Below are positions 37,984-51,800 of a stretch of 64,000 bases of DNA, piece by piece. Origin of the DNA: Antedon mediterranea (taxonomy: Eukaryota; Animalia; Echinodermata); NCBI RefSeq assembly GCF_964355755.1, contig NC_092674.1:248001-312000 (forward strand). The letters are read 5' to 3'. The position numbers were made by a program, and so were the translations under genes. The notes below the pieces were generated by a model, which searched no databases, was not told the origin of the DNA, and was given only the letters and a program-made list of their open reading frames with translations. How positions within the stretch are numbered: the stretch's first letter is position 1; every line of letters begins with the position of its first letter.

Positions 37984-40900
37984 ATGGCGGATGATACACG
38001 ATCACCCGATGTAAAAACAACTGATAATGTACACAGCGATGATGCACAAGAGGGTGCTGAAGTTGATGCTTTGTCTTCCACATCAACCAACAAGACAATT
38101 GGAGAAATACCTCCTCCAAATCAGCAAGTAGTTCGCCGAACATCTAGTCTTACAATTGAAAATGTAAAAAAACTCGAGGAGGCGGCTAATAAAGAAGATA
38201 AAGAGTCCGAGCAAAGACCAGTGAGCCCTACCAAGTCTTACATAGAAATCCAAAACTCAAGAACTTCCAGTCCATTAGCACCTCTCAGAAGTTCCTTGAT
38301 TGTTTCAAGAGACATTGAGGGCAGTGGTTCTCGACAAGACAGTCTGACAAACTTAGTAACTTCTTCTGAGATAAGGACAGGTAGTCCTAAACCACTTCCA
38401 CCAATTAAGAGAAATATAGATGATGCCTGTGATGAGGATAATATAGCCAGTGTTGCTGCAAATGAAAAAACATCCCACAGTACTCTTCTTAATCAACGCG
38501 ATAGTAAGATAAATGTTTAGAAATTAATTCCTTTACTTTTTTAAAAACATTTTATTAAGATAAGCCAGACTTATTTGAAAATTTAAAATAAACAATTTCA
38601 TCTCCTAAAGTAATGAATTTTGATTTTTCATTTTTTAAAGACCAACCAAGGATTCTAAGCTTTAGAAGAGAACTTCCAGAATCAAGTGAAACAGTTGATG
38701 ATTCTGTAGTATCCAATCGATCTGCTGTTAAAACACCTGATAGTAGTGTGTCAAAGAAAACAGAGAGATCTGTATCATTTAAACAAGTACATGACGAGTA
38801 TGTATGCCTCTGTCTTAAATACACCCGAAGCTACATAGGCTACTAGATAAAGTATTGATTTCCTTACCCTTTTCCTTTTCCATGTAGGTAAACGCCTTTT
38901 TCAGATCATTTAGTTCACGTCTTTGCGAATTCAATTCAGTGTTCATTTCATGATATGATGATTCTAGTTTCGTGAGGCGATTCCCAAATGTATCCAAGGT
39001 AGTAATAATTCAATCGATCTTAACATGTAGAGCTTGAATATCCGTTGCATCATCGCTAGGCGTAACATCCTGCGTACCTAGATTAGCCGGCCGTGCTGGC
39101 GACATAACCTTAGCAGCTGTAGCTGCTGCGGTTCGTTTAGGAGGCATTGTGATAAATATGTGTAAACCGGGAGCTCAGGGCAAACACGTCTTACTCGCTC
39201 AAGCACATGATTCAATGATATATATATATATATACAAAAGAATTTAAGTACAAACTTGAATAATGAGATTTTGTAAATTTTCAATAATAATTATTAATTC
39301 ATATTTCAGACGGCCATCAAGCAAAGGGTCAGAACGACAGAAAGGAATTTTAAAATCACCCGCAGTTCGTGAAATTATACGAACAAAGGACAAAGAAGGT
39401 CAAGAATATGTTCAGGTTTCCATAGCAACAGAAACAGAATGGAGCTGGTTTGAAAGCATGAAACTTGTTGGTAAAGAAAATCTACAAGACGACTTGGAGA
39501 GTAAAGGTATTCACTTTTATAAACTAATGATACATGACGACAGGGAGTATTGAGTATACCTGCTCAGAAAATCATGGAGTAAACCCAAATGATAAACAAA
39601 GTTGACTCTGGATATGCCCAGTTCAAATATTAATGTCAATTTGCAATATAAAATTGTATTTTCTAACCTTCTAGATCAGATTGTTGAAGATGACATTGGC
39701 CAAAAGAGCAGGAGTCATCAGTCTTCATTTGTGTCTATGGGGTCTGATGCAACAGAAGTCACATTTATTGATCACCAGGCAAATGTTGAACCATGGAAAT
39801 CAAGAAGTGGCTATGAAGGTCTTCCTCCATTACAACTTGACTCTGAGTCTGAGGTTTGTTCTTACTCTTTTCCTCATTTGATATTTATATTGGTTATTTT
39901 TTAATAGAGAAATGCTCATTAATATCTTTAATAGTTTCTGTAGAAATTCTTAAAAGAAAACAATGATTCTAATACATTATTAATTTAATTCATGACATGT
40001 TTTCAGTTTTCAGATGATGATATTGCCAGCGACTTTGCTTCCAACTTGGAGCTTGTTCCAAACATTGGACCTCCTCTGATTTTAAAATACCAAAGAGAAT
40101 CTGAGAAAGCAGAGATAAAAGTAAAAAATCCAGTAATTTTAGAAGAGCCGCGAATGAGCCCTGATTCCTTAGCTCTCAGTGAGGAGATTGATGGTATATT
40201 TAGTGGCCAGTGTGAATTCTGTTTCAAAGATATACAACCTTTTCCATCGCCAGAGATGATGGAGGCTTTCTCAGAAAAAGATGTAAGTTTTTCAATAGTC
40301 TTGCATACATTTATATTGAGTTGAGTAATAATGCAATAATGATGCAAATGTTGAATTCAGTAATTGAGTAGTGGTTACAAATATAGACATACAACAATGA
40401 TTTCAGTATCAATTAATTAATTTTTCCCAAAGCTTTTCTGTTGTCCGGACTACCAGAAATTTGTTGAATTTACAATAACACACAGTCCTAGTGCAGAATT
40501 TTCTGTGGATCTAATCGACGTTGCTCCTCACGCTCCATTTGGAAGTAAACAAGCTCGCCGGGCTGCTAAAGAACGAGCTGCACAGAGAATGAGGGAACGT
40601 GAAATGGCACGACAAAAGGCAGCTGGAGCTAACCAAGCCAATTTCTATGCTTGTGAGTTGTTTGTAGTTCATAATAGTTTTAGTTTACTAGAAAAGAATA
40701 TACTTATTTGGATGTGTTTATAAATCAAAATGTAAACTTATGTTTATGTCCTTAATTAAACCGATTGGCCAGTAACAGTATAACAATAAATATATCATTT
40801 ACTAACTGCATGTTTCTTTTGCTTTACCATCCTGTTTTACTGCTGTTTTTTAAACTGGCAAACTGCATGCATTTCATCTTCAATAATAGTACAAGGTAAG

Positions 40901-43123
40901 ATTTTGATTGCAAATTAATTTGAAATTACCACAATATATTAATATTATTACCATACTACTAATATAATTAAATACATTATTTATAATTACCACAATATAT
41001 TAATATTATTACCATACTACTAATATAATTAAATACATTATTATAATTACCACAATATATTAATATTATTACCATACTACTAATATAATTAAATACATTA
41101 TTTATAATTACCACAATATATTAATATTATTACCATACTACTAATATAATTAAATACATTATTATAATTACCACAATATATTAATATTATTACCATACTA
41201 CTAATATAATTAAATACATTATTATAATTTCCAAAACTGTACTATAATTAACAAGCATTGCTTTATTGTGTATAGTTGCAAGACAAATGAAAACCATCAA
41301 CTACTCATTGTCATCACAAAAATACATTGATGATGGATGGACGCTTAGACCAGCAACGGCTGACAGTGACGAGTCTAAGACACCAGATATCTTTGAACCA
41401 GAACCAATTGATCCTCCAGCCTTCAGAAACATGGTACACATTTATTATTAATTTATAAATAATTAACAATGGTTTTGTAACCTGTAACTACAGATAAAAA
41501 GTGACATCCATTTTCATATTGAGACTTAGAGTCAAGTATGGCTAGTACATTTTAGAACATAATACAATCTACACAATGTTATTATGATGAAGTATGTGAT
41601 TTGTATCTGCAGAAGCAAGGCTTGAGTGGAGTAAACATACTTGAGAAAACTTATGAGGATGGCAAGTCTTTTCTGATCATGTTCCCTGATGGAACTGGTA
41701 CTGTTTTGTATCCTTTCATGTTGTATTCATGTTTTATTCAATATTTTACATAAATTACCTTTGAATAGATATGTGTCTAATGTAAGGTTGTGTGAGTAGA
41801 ATGAAAGTCTTTAAACACTTGTAAGATAATTTATAATGTTACCTTAACTAAAAGCTCTTAGCTACCCTTCTGGTCACCCTGCTATAATGATACTTTCAAC
41901 TGAAAAGGGCAAGTACACTTACATTGTACATGATGACCGTCCAGGTACTCAAATCATTCAGGCTGTGTTTGAACCATCTGGACAGGGTACATGCTATCAT
42001 CCTAATGGAGTGGTCAAGTAAGAAACGTCTATATAATTATTTATGGACAGAGTACCCAAAGCCTATATAAATATATGTACATTTCGGAAACATGCTGAAC
42101 GTTTTACAATTTAGTAGTTTTATATCCTCTGCTTTAATGGATTTTTTCAAGAGCTTTTTCAACTTTAATTCTATTATGCTGTCGGAAGTTCTTCAAGATT
42201 ATTCACGAACATTATTCACGACATCGTCTTAAACACTTTGGTGTCAATCAAGGATTGGAAGAGCTTTAAAAAAATCTGTAAAAGCACCAGCTGATGTAAA
42301 CTACTTAAAATATATATACAGTATATCAAATATGTGAAGCAGCATTTAACTAATTATTATGTATTCTAAACAGATTGACTTACTTTAATTTAAGGTTGAA
42401 TATGAACCAATTTGGTGGAGTGTTCCTCGATGGTCAAGGTGCTAGGAAGAAGCGTTGGACTTGGAAAGATCATACAACACATGTACATGCACCACCTTTC
42501 CAACCAATATGCTTTGCAATATCTAAGTATGTGAGCTTAAGGTGCTTAGCACAAGACCAAATCACTCTTCTCTATAGCTGCAATAAACGCAGTGTACGAT
42601 TTAATGTTGGTGTTAAATTGAAGGTACAGCATATTGACTTTTTAAAAATATTTAACTATTTTTTATATTTATTAGTACAAATTATTTAATAATGTACTAT
42701 TATTATATGAAAGTACTTAGTGGCAGTTGTTACCAACTTAAGATATTAAACTCATTCTAAGTTGTGGTTCTATTATGTTTTACAGCTTATTGCACCTGAA
42801 AACATTCCATTACCTGACATCGATGAAGATGCGCTTTTCATTTCTGAAGTCAGGACTTATGTTCGGTAAATATTATGTTTTTTTTTGTACTTTCACTTAG
42901 GAACCAACAAACTTTTAAATACTGTCACTAACATTTCTGTCTTATTCACAGATTGGTAGTTGATAAGGTTGGCAATCTCTTGAAATTTTCAAAGTCTCCA
43001 AAATTAGAAAACCTGCGACCTCCACTGCGCATTCAGCATGATGTTATAAAGAATGAAAGGCTGAAGGGCAAGAAGGTCGACCGTAAAGTAGACAAGAAAC
43101 ACGCTCTTGTTACTGTCAACTAG
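37984..43123 (+). CDS. ERICH6: Glutamate-rich protein 6-like (FAM194 domain)
   Basis: CEFC...LFCC motif, IDVAPHAP, FPDGTGTVFYPSGHPAI, WTWKD..HVHAPPFQPI. Exons 37984-38503, 38641-38797, 39310-39506, 39675-39853, 40007-40282, 40433-40652, (40890-40895 optional), 41276-41433, 41613-41707, 41862-42017, 42395-42623, 42786-42865, 42952-43123. Confidence 0.85.
38820..39205 (-). mobile_element. 5' fragment of a LINE (short 5'UTR plus ORF1 coiled-coil start) in ERICH6 intron
   Basis: GAGCGAGTAAGACGTGTTTG..GAGCTCC leader, then MPPKRTAAA... and heptad-like RLTKLESSYHEMNTELNSQRRELNDLKKA. Confidence 0.45.
40890..40895 (+). other. Candidate 6-nt alternative microexon (TACAAG) of ERICH6
   Basis: AATAG|TACAAG|GTAAGA; upstream ACTAAC branch point (40801-40806), pyrimidine tract and several TGC/TGCATG motifs; frame-preserving. 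Confidence 0.55.
40924..41229. repeat. 60-61-bp tandem repeat, ~5 copies
   Basis: Unit AATTACCACAATATATTAATATTATTACCATACTACTAATATAATTAAATACATTATT(T)AT. Confidence 0.93.
41708..41861 (+). other. U12-type (minor spliceosome) GT-AG intron in ERICH6
   Basis: Donor GTATCCTTT; branch site TTACCTTAAC close to the AG; splicing gives TVF|YPSG in frame. Confidence 0.88.
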
Positions 43124-43314
43124 AAACATTTACAAGCTTATTTGTAATTCTTAATGTCTGATTAATTGATGTAAAAAGTTCAAATGGTATAATTGTAATA
43201 TCGATTTTATCATGTTATTATTTCTGGTGGCTAGAAAATAAAATATATTTTTTTCAAATTGTTTGAAATAAAATGTTGAATGAAACTGTATTTTGTTGTT
43301 TTTGTCTTTTTAAA

Positions 43315-43497
43315 TCACCAACTATAGCAATAAGTCCTGTACAGGTCCAATGGGGTGATTCACCAACTATAGCAATAAGTCTTGTACAGGTCCAATGGGG
43401 TGATTCACCAACTATAGCAATAAGTCCTGTACAGGTCCAATGGGGTGATTCACCAACTATAGCAATACGTCCTGTACAGGTCCAATGGGGTGATTCA
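43315..43497. repeat. 45-bp tandem repeat, 4 copies, downstream of ERICH6 AATAAA signals
   Basis: Unit TCACCAACTATAGCAATAAGTCCTGTACAGGTCCAATGGGGTGAT. Confidence 0.93.
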
Positions 43498-44034
43498 AAT
43501 CAAAACACCGACGAAATACCAATAAACAAAAATTTATAGATTTCTACTGTAAATAGTTTGGAGTATATGATATATTTTTGTTATACTAGGCTATATTATT
43601 AATTTGTGGAGAACATGGTTAAATTGGAGTGTCCAATCATAATTAGAAGTAGTCATTTTCGTCATCATTATGCTCGACTGTTAAGTTACCTCATTAATAT
43701 TCATGAGGAGAAAGAACGAATATAAATATTCAATTACTTTCAACATAGGCCACTATAGAATAATTATTGTAGTGAGTGTATTGAGAATTAATCGATATTT
43801 ACGAAATTAATACTGATGAGAGATATAAATTGTACAACAAACATCAGAAAGACGTTTTTTAAATTATTTTAAATTAATATTAAAAGATCTGATCAAGAAT
43901 CTAGACTGACAACTGTTGTTATAAATTGTCTATATGTATAAATTAAAGTAAAACGATAGGCAATACAAAATAATAAAAATACTTTTTTGTAGATACACGA
44001 CGCAATGCTGATTTGTGTCAAATTGCTATATACT

Positions 44035-44048
44035 GTTCCTATGGCGAC
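44035..44048. promoter_or_regulatory. RFX X-box candidate upstream of the CFAP97-domain gene
   Basis: GTTCCTATGGCGAC fits the 14-bp X-box, ~160 bp upstream of the ATG of a cilia-associated gene. Confidence 0.55.
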
Positions 44049-44205
44049 AAGCAGATCATGTGACCGATGTCAACAAACTAAACAGACTAATTGATTGGAG
44101 ATTCTCCCCGCAGCAGCAGAAGCAGACAGGCTTGACTGGTCGTAGTTACGACTGCCCGAGGAAACACACATTTATCCTTATTTTTATAACATTAAAGTTT
44201 AAAAT

Positions 44206-46024
44206 ATGCACAAATCGTATCAGTCTATTCTTCCGTGTCAGAGTAGAATATTACAGAAAAGATGGGATCTACGATATTACGAAGAACATCGACAAAAGGT
44301 AAGTACTTATTACTAAGGCTAAGTTCTCAGTGGGCGACGTGCTTTGTTGTTTGTTTTGACATAAGCAAGGTTTGTTGTATCTGGGCCGGTTTCGTCATGA
44401 CACCTACTCTACTGTTGTATGTAGCTATCCTACTGGGTGGCCTAGATTTAAGGATAGCAGTTTTTATAAACCTGATGTACTTAAAACCGTAAGTGTTGAG
44501 TAAGATACAGAAACTATACGGTAACAAAAAAAATCTTTTTTTTTTCAGGTTAAGGAAGCAAAATCAATGGTTGATACATCTGCCCCTAAAACATATGTCC
44601 ATCTTCATCTTAAACTTAAAAAATTACAGGTAAATAGCCTACTTGACTTGTACCTATGTTTCAACTTATTTTGTGTATGAACTTTTTTGTTTCATGTAGA
44701 GCAAACAATTTTGTTTTCTTCATTCAGTAACATAAACTAAGATTGTATATGTATTAATTGTATTCATATATTTTATATATAATATCCAATCCAGAGTTTT
44801 GATTTTTAAATTAAAATACACAGTTAGCAAACAGTAACTAATTGTCACCTAACCTTTTAATTAAGACTTTAGTACTAAAAGCAAATTTTTTATTACAGTT
44901 CATGGACCTAAATTAAGGAATAACTTAAAAGAGAATCTAAAAAAATGTGAAAATGCAAAAATATTCAGACATCAAATGAAGTTTAATTATTTGGAAAATT
45001 ATCATTCATAAATGTATTATTATTATTCCACTTTTACCTAATTTTTATATTGTTTAAGTTTTCATTAATTGAATAAATGTGAAATGAATAAATGAATTGT
45101 TTTCCAGTTAGAAGAAGAGCGCTTAGCAACGATAGAACGTGATAATCGTATATTGCTTGAGAAGATGTCTTTAATTATGCGTACTAAAGGACGTGTTGAT
45201 AATAGGAATGACTATGAATACAAAAGGTGAATATATAATACAGTATATGATTATTCTATACGGTAAAGAAAATTATAAATTATTTTTGTAAGGAATGACA
45301 CACTTATCTTAGTTTTTATATTTATCTTTCTTAATTCGTAATACTAAAACTATTAACTATAAACATACTGGTCGTAACAACTATAAAAATCAATTTTGGT
45401 AACCTCATAAAAATTCAAATTATTCTTTTCTCATCTACCCAAGTCTAAACAAAGAAAAACGTCAACGAGAATTATTGAGAGTAACAAGAGAAAACCAGGA
45501 AATTTTGAGACGTATTTTAGCAAGAGAACCAGAATACAACCACTTAAAATGGGAGCAAGAATGGGAAGAGAATGAAGCTTTTATTGACAACATTTCAAGA
45601 TTTCCCCGAGACTGGTGGGAGCTTGAGCAAAAAGAAAAGGAGCTGCAGAGATTACAAACGGTAATAACATTTGGTAACAAAGAAAGGATTAATTACAACT
45701 TTCAGATAATGATACATAGTAGCTAATATCATTTCATGTCCAACGCAGATTGGCTGAAAGAAATAAACTTATCAATCTATTAACATTTTAATTGTGAATT
45801 ATATTTTTACATAGGCTGAAGCAAAAGCAAATAGGTCAAGGCCAGCATCAAGAAAAAATAAAAAGAAAGACAACAAGGCAGAGGAAGAAAATGAAGAAGG
45901 GGAAAACACGGAAGAAGAACAAAACAAGAAAGAGGATGAAAACAATAAAGAGGATGAAAACAAGGAAGAGGAAAAAGAAAGTGAAGAGAGAGAAGAAAAG
46001 GAGGCAGAACCAGTAACAGAATAA
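44206..46024 (+). CDS. CFAP97/KIAA1430 domain-containing protein (CFAP97D1/D2-like)
   Basis: MHKSYQSILP...RWD...EHRQKV...VDTSAPK...HLHLKLKKLQLEEERL..IERDNRILLEKM...ENQEILRRI; acidic tail. Exons 44206-44298, 44549-44629, 45108-45226, 45444-45660, 45815-46024. Confidence 0.85.
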
Positions 46025-47929
46025 GGTTGTTTGTTTTTATAATAAATTATACAAAAACAACTGACACAATCTTTGGCAATATCTGTGACACAAAAATATG
46101 ATGTACCCATAATATATAGACATGATGATGTCATATGACTACCATGTTTGGGCATATCACTACCATATTTGGGCATGACAGCTTAAGCTTGGATAGAGTA
46201 GACTTATTGCTCCATGGTTGGTATGCCAACATAATTAAGTGCAAATAAAAAAAACACAGTTTTTTTTTCAACATTTTAGGTTTGTATACTGTAAGGTGAG
46301 GTACTGTAATATATTTTTAAGTTTCAATTTATTTTAATTATATTGTCTGTCTTTGAATATTAATTAATGGTTTTGATATATGCTAATTTTACCCACCAAT
46401 TATGTAATAATGATTAATTCGTAGAAATGTTATTTAAAAACTTGAATAAAAGAGGATTGGAGTTGCTTTTACAAACCAAAAATATATTTAAAGAAATGTA
46501 ACAAATGTATTAAGATTGTTACTAAGCTACCAAAAGCTACGTATGAAATGTTTCAATAGAATACATTTAAAATAAGTAAAAAAAATCAATAGAAAGTCAG
46601 GATCTTGTGAAGCTTTGATACACTTTAAAACTGTTTTATACAGTATGTATATAATATGCCTATTCTGCAAAATGCAATTTACACTGATATTTGTTGATGT
46701 GTACATAGTTACGGTAAACATCATCTGCTTTTGTGTCCTGCATGCATAAAGCCATATGAAACAAATAAAATAATGTTTGCTGCTTTAATTAACTTCCATT
46801 TTCTATTTTATTCAAATCCTGGTTCATTATTTGTGCATAATTTTAAATCTCCATTCATTTGCATAAAGATTTTGAATATCTTAAAACCAGGGTAACTCGA
46901 CTTCTCTGATTGAAACACTATACTGTTTTCACTGCACTTAATACAGTTTGCTGGGCTATGCAACACGTTATTATATTTCAGCTCTCAGCTATATCTTCGC
47001 AATACGCCTTTGTTTGTCTCACGATATTGATTATAGTACTTTAATAACCAAAATTGATTGGAAATTTGTTGAGATGTATTATTGTTAAATTAGTTATAAA
47101 AATCATCCTATTTATGTTGCAAGACACAATCGTTATTGATTGTGAAGAGGAGGCAAGTGAGATAATCAAATGTTATTGATTGGTGGCTGTATATTAAAAA
47201 AAAGATAATACTGTACTCTATTTTACAATTCTTATTTTGGGGAATATTGTAAAAGTAATTTAAGAAATAATTTTTGTCATATACAGAATGAAATATAGGC
47301 AAATTTATTTTAATTTTCAAAAATCTTCCAAATTGTATGTGAAGTACCGCAGAAAAAGAATATATTATGGATTGTAGATCATAATGTTTACTATTTTTTT
47401 AATTTATGCTAATAAAAGCTCAGTGCAACAATGCACAACTTTAGTGGTTTTTCTAATCTTTGAATATAGTATTTGTGTATTTTGTATTTTAAATATCACC
47501 CTTGTTAACTATGATGCCAACTTAAACAGTATATTATTGGAAAAAAAAATCAAAACTTTAAAAATGAATCAAACCAATCATCTTAAAACGATACTTTTTA
47601 TCTAATTAAAAAAAAAATCTTAGATAAGAAATATTGATTTTGTATTTGTTCGTTTTGTTTGTATATATCATAATCATACCGCAAAAAAGAAAGTGTACAA
47701 CCCATATCTCACCCCATATTAAATACCCATACAATGATCTGTCCTACTGCGGAGATCATATCGATCATAGTCAATAGAAATACTTTCTCTATGTGTATCG
47801 ATCGATGATATTATCACGAACTATCGCTCGCCGTCTGAGGGGGTTGTTATCAGCAATTCCTCTAGTTATCGTTGTTGCACCAACTGCACTAACTGCGAAC
47901 GGAGAGCCCGGAACCTGGATGGTGCAAAT

Positions 47930-48862
47930 ATGGGTTACCAAACTCCGTTACTGTGTTTATTATGCTCTTTATATGTTTCCGGAAATGCTGAAAGCCAAAA
48001 AAAGTGTTCTAAGGATCCAGAAGATTTGGCACAAGATAGTGCAGAAAAACAACACCAACTTGATAGCCTGAATTTACTCTTATTTCTTAGCCTGCTTGTG
48101 CTGACTATTTTGACAATTTGGCTGTTTAAGCAGCATCGATTCCGCTATGTGCACGAGACTGGCTTGGCTATGCTGTATGGTAAGTTTCGGTCACGCCCCC
48201 TTATCATGAAATAGGGTTTATGACCTACACGAGGCATAGGCCTAGGCCTCATAATATAATAATAGTCCATGGAGGTGTCACGACAAATATGGTCCGGGGC
48301 CAAAATCTGTCCGGCCGGACCAGTTTTGGCTCTAAAGTTGTGGCCAAAAGCAGTCCGCCACTGCCAAAATCGGTCCGGGTTTTTCTTCTGTCGATTTTAA
48401 TTGAATTACTAGGCCTATGATGCTGTTTTAAGTTGTTTATGGCTAGAAAAATATCCCATGATATATATATATAAGTAAGTTATCTACTATAAATAAATGT
48501 ATTTTATCTAAAAACATGACTTAGCCTTAGGTGTTCACTCATATTTCAGCCTGCCACACACTCACAATCATGAACGGGTATGAGACGCTGATATTGCCAG
48601 CCAGATTTTATTTTATGATTGAGGCCTTTTTCCTTCCTCAGCCCAATCAATATTGGATAATTGTTTTATAATGATTGTACTGAATTGATATTGATTGATT
48701 AACCATAAATTAGTAATAAATTAAATTGTTTTTAACATTAAACACTGCTCTTCTGTTGCCTCTATTTAAAAAATTGCTCAAAACTCATTTTTTCGACCAC
48801 TAACATGCCCAGCGCCTTTGATTTTGTACCTCGGTCTTTGAATTGACGCTTTATAAATTTTG

Positions 48863-48897
<35 letters not shown>

Positions 48898-51800
48898 TCA
48901 TGGAGAAACGAAGATGTTAAAAAAACAAAAGAACAAAATGGATTAAAAACAGGCAGAGAATTAATTGTACACAAAAAACTTAAAAATTAGTACTAATTAT
49001 TGATGAGTTACTACTAATAGTAATAATGAATGATAAAAAAACAGGCTTAATTTATAATATTAAAATAACAAATAAAACCCTGTAGTTTTCAATATAATGA
49101 CTAATCATGGCCTTTTTAAATGATATATACATTATGACTCATTTTGCGCACCATATATTTGCAAGATCGGACCATATTTGGCGGCTAAAAACAGTCCTAC
49201 TGCCCGGACCGATTTTATCCAGGCCGGACCAGTTTTGGCGGCCAAAATTGGTCCGGCCGGACAGGTTTTGGCAGCCATAAATGGTCCCCCAGACTGATTT
49301 TGGTGTGACAGAGGTATTGTTTTTGTTCTGTAATAAAAAAAAAACTAAATAAAGCGATACTGATGATTTATTATGGTGTATGAATCATATGAAAGATGAA
49401 CCTTTTTTCTATATATGATGTGGGATACGAAATTTATCCCACATAAAAATTAATTTAAAAAGAAAATACTAACATTAACAATAGATTGATGATTTAAAAT
49501 AAAGATGAATCAATTATGCACTTGTCAATGACCCAATTATTGACACAAGGGTGCTTCAAAAAACCAAAAATGGTATGTCACATCAATGAATAATGGACTG
49601 GTATGTCAATTTCCGTCACTTTACCACCCAACATAAGACATATCATACCAACATAGTCACAGTTTGTCAAAATGGTCATATTTTTGCCGCACAGTTGCGT
49701 AATGGTATTCATAAGGTATGACGCACATCGGACAAATAATGCAGCTCTCCCGGGGGTCGTATAGTGGGTCATACAATTGACAAGGGAATTATTCAACTTT
49801 TGCACATAGTATTTCACTGGTGCAGCTCATGTGCGGACAGATTCTTAGATTACAGTATTAATTATCTGCAATGTATTGCCAAATCCAAGATTAATATCAT
49901 CTTAATCTTAAATTACGGAGAAAGTGATTTTCAATTAAAATTATAAATATTCCTCTATTCACTTATTTTCAGTTTTCTGCTGCAATATTCCTAATCAAAA
50001 TGTATGAACAAATAATCCAGTTAATTAGCATTAATTAAAAACTGGTTGTCATTTTACTGTATTATGATTATGTTTCTTCTTAGTAGCCCTAGTATAGAAA
50101 TCCATTGGAGAAGGGATCCACTCAGAAACTTAGTATGCAATAATTAGTGGTTACAAGATATCTAATGTAAACAGTGGAATCTGTCAAAATTATTGACTTT
50201 CATTTCAATCAAATAATATGAAACGAAGACTAGTGCTATTTGCACTTTCAATCAAATAATATGAAACGAAGACTAGTGCTATTTGCACTTTCAATCAAAT
50301 AATATGAAACGAAGACTAGTGCTATTTGCACTTTCAATCAAATAATATGAAACAAAGACTAGTGCTATTTGCTCTTTCAATCAAATAATATGAAACGAAG
50401 ACTAGTGCTATTTGCACTTTCAATCAAATAATATGAAACAAAGACTAGTGCTATTTGCTCTTTCAATCAAATAATATGAAACGAAGACTAGTGCTACAGT
50501 ATTTGCACTTTCAATCAAATAATATGAAACGAAGACTAGTGCTATTTGCACTTTCAATCAAATAATATGAAACGAAGACTAGTGCTATTTGCACTTTCAA
50601 TCAAATAATATGAAACGAAGACTAGTGCTATTTGCACTTTCAATCAAATAATATGAAACGAAGACTAGTGCTATTTGCACTTTCAATCAAATAATATGAA
50701 ACGAAGACTAGTGCTATTTGCACTTTCAATCAAATAATATGAAACGAAGACTAGTGCTATTTGCACTTTCAATCAAATAATATGAAACGAAGACTAGTGC
50801 TATTTGCACTTTCAATCAAATAATATGAAACGAAGACTAGTGCTATTTGCACTTTCAATCAAATAATATGAAACGAAGACTAGTGCTATTTGCACTTTCA
50901 ATCAAATAATATGAAACGAAGACTAGTGCTATTTGCACTTTCAATCAAATAATATGAAACGAAGACTAGTGCTATTTGCACTTTCAATCAAATAATATGA
51001 AACGAAGACTATTGCTATTTGCACTTTCAATCAAATAATATGAAACGAAGACTAGTGCTACAGTATTTGCACTTTCAATCAAATAATATGAAACGAAGAC
51101 TAGTGCTATTTGCACTTTCAATCAAATAATATGAAACGAAGACTAGTGCTATTTGCACTTTCAATCAAATAATATGAAACGAAGACTATTGCTATTTGCA
51201 CTTTCAATCAAATAATATGAAACGAAGACTAGTGCTATTTGCACTGTGAACATATTATGATACTACTATACTATAGTCTTCTTTTCCTCTTCATTTTTGC
51301 ATTCTATATAAATTATGATTAGATTTTTAGAACTATAATTAAAGGGTATCATACAGACATACAGTACTGTTTTAGTAAATTCATGGCTTCAACAAGGTAC
51401 TGTAAATCTGCAATTTTAAAATAAATTTGTGTATAATTATCAAATTCTTTTTTCTCCATTGTGTAAAGGAGTCATTGTTGGAGCAATTGTATATTATTCA
51501 AGTAGTGATAAGTTAAACAACCATGAACGATCCAGTCGATCTAGTAATAGTTGTGATGCACAACCAGCAAGTACACTACTGTTAGAAGTTGAATATCCTG
51601 ACAATAGCCAAGTAATATATCAGTATAGACAGGAAGGAATAGCACAAAATACACCAAATGCCACTAACACAGATTTTGAAGAAAAGGTAAGCAGAATCAT
51701 TAACACCATGTCTCCTGAAAAATAATAAATCTGGAACAGTGCAATTGAGACTTTTAGTAAATTGTGATTTAATTAATTAAGTCTAAATTTGTCTTTTATT

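Noticed and set aside
43273-43539. 88-aa ORF with 15-aa repeats
   Set aside because: In-frame translation of a 45-bp tandem repeat just downstream of the ERICH6 polyA signals; no splice or homology support.
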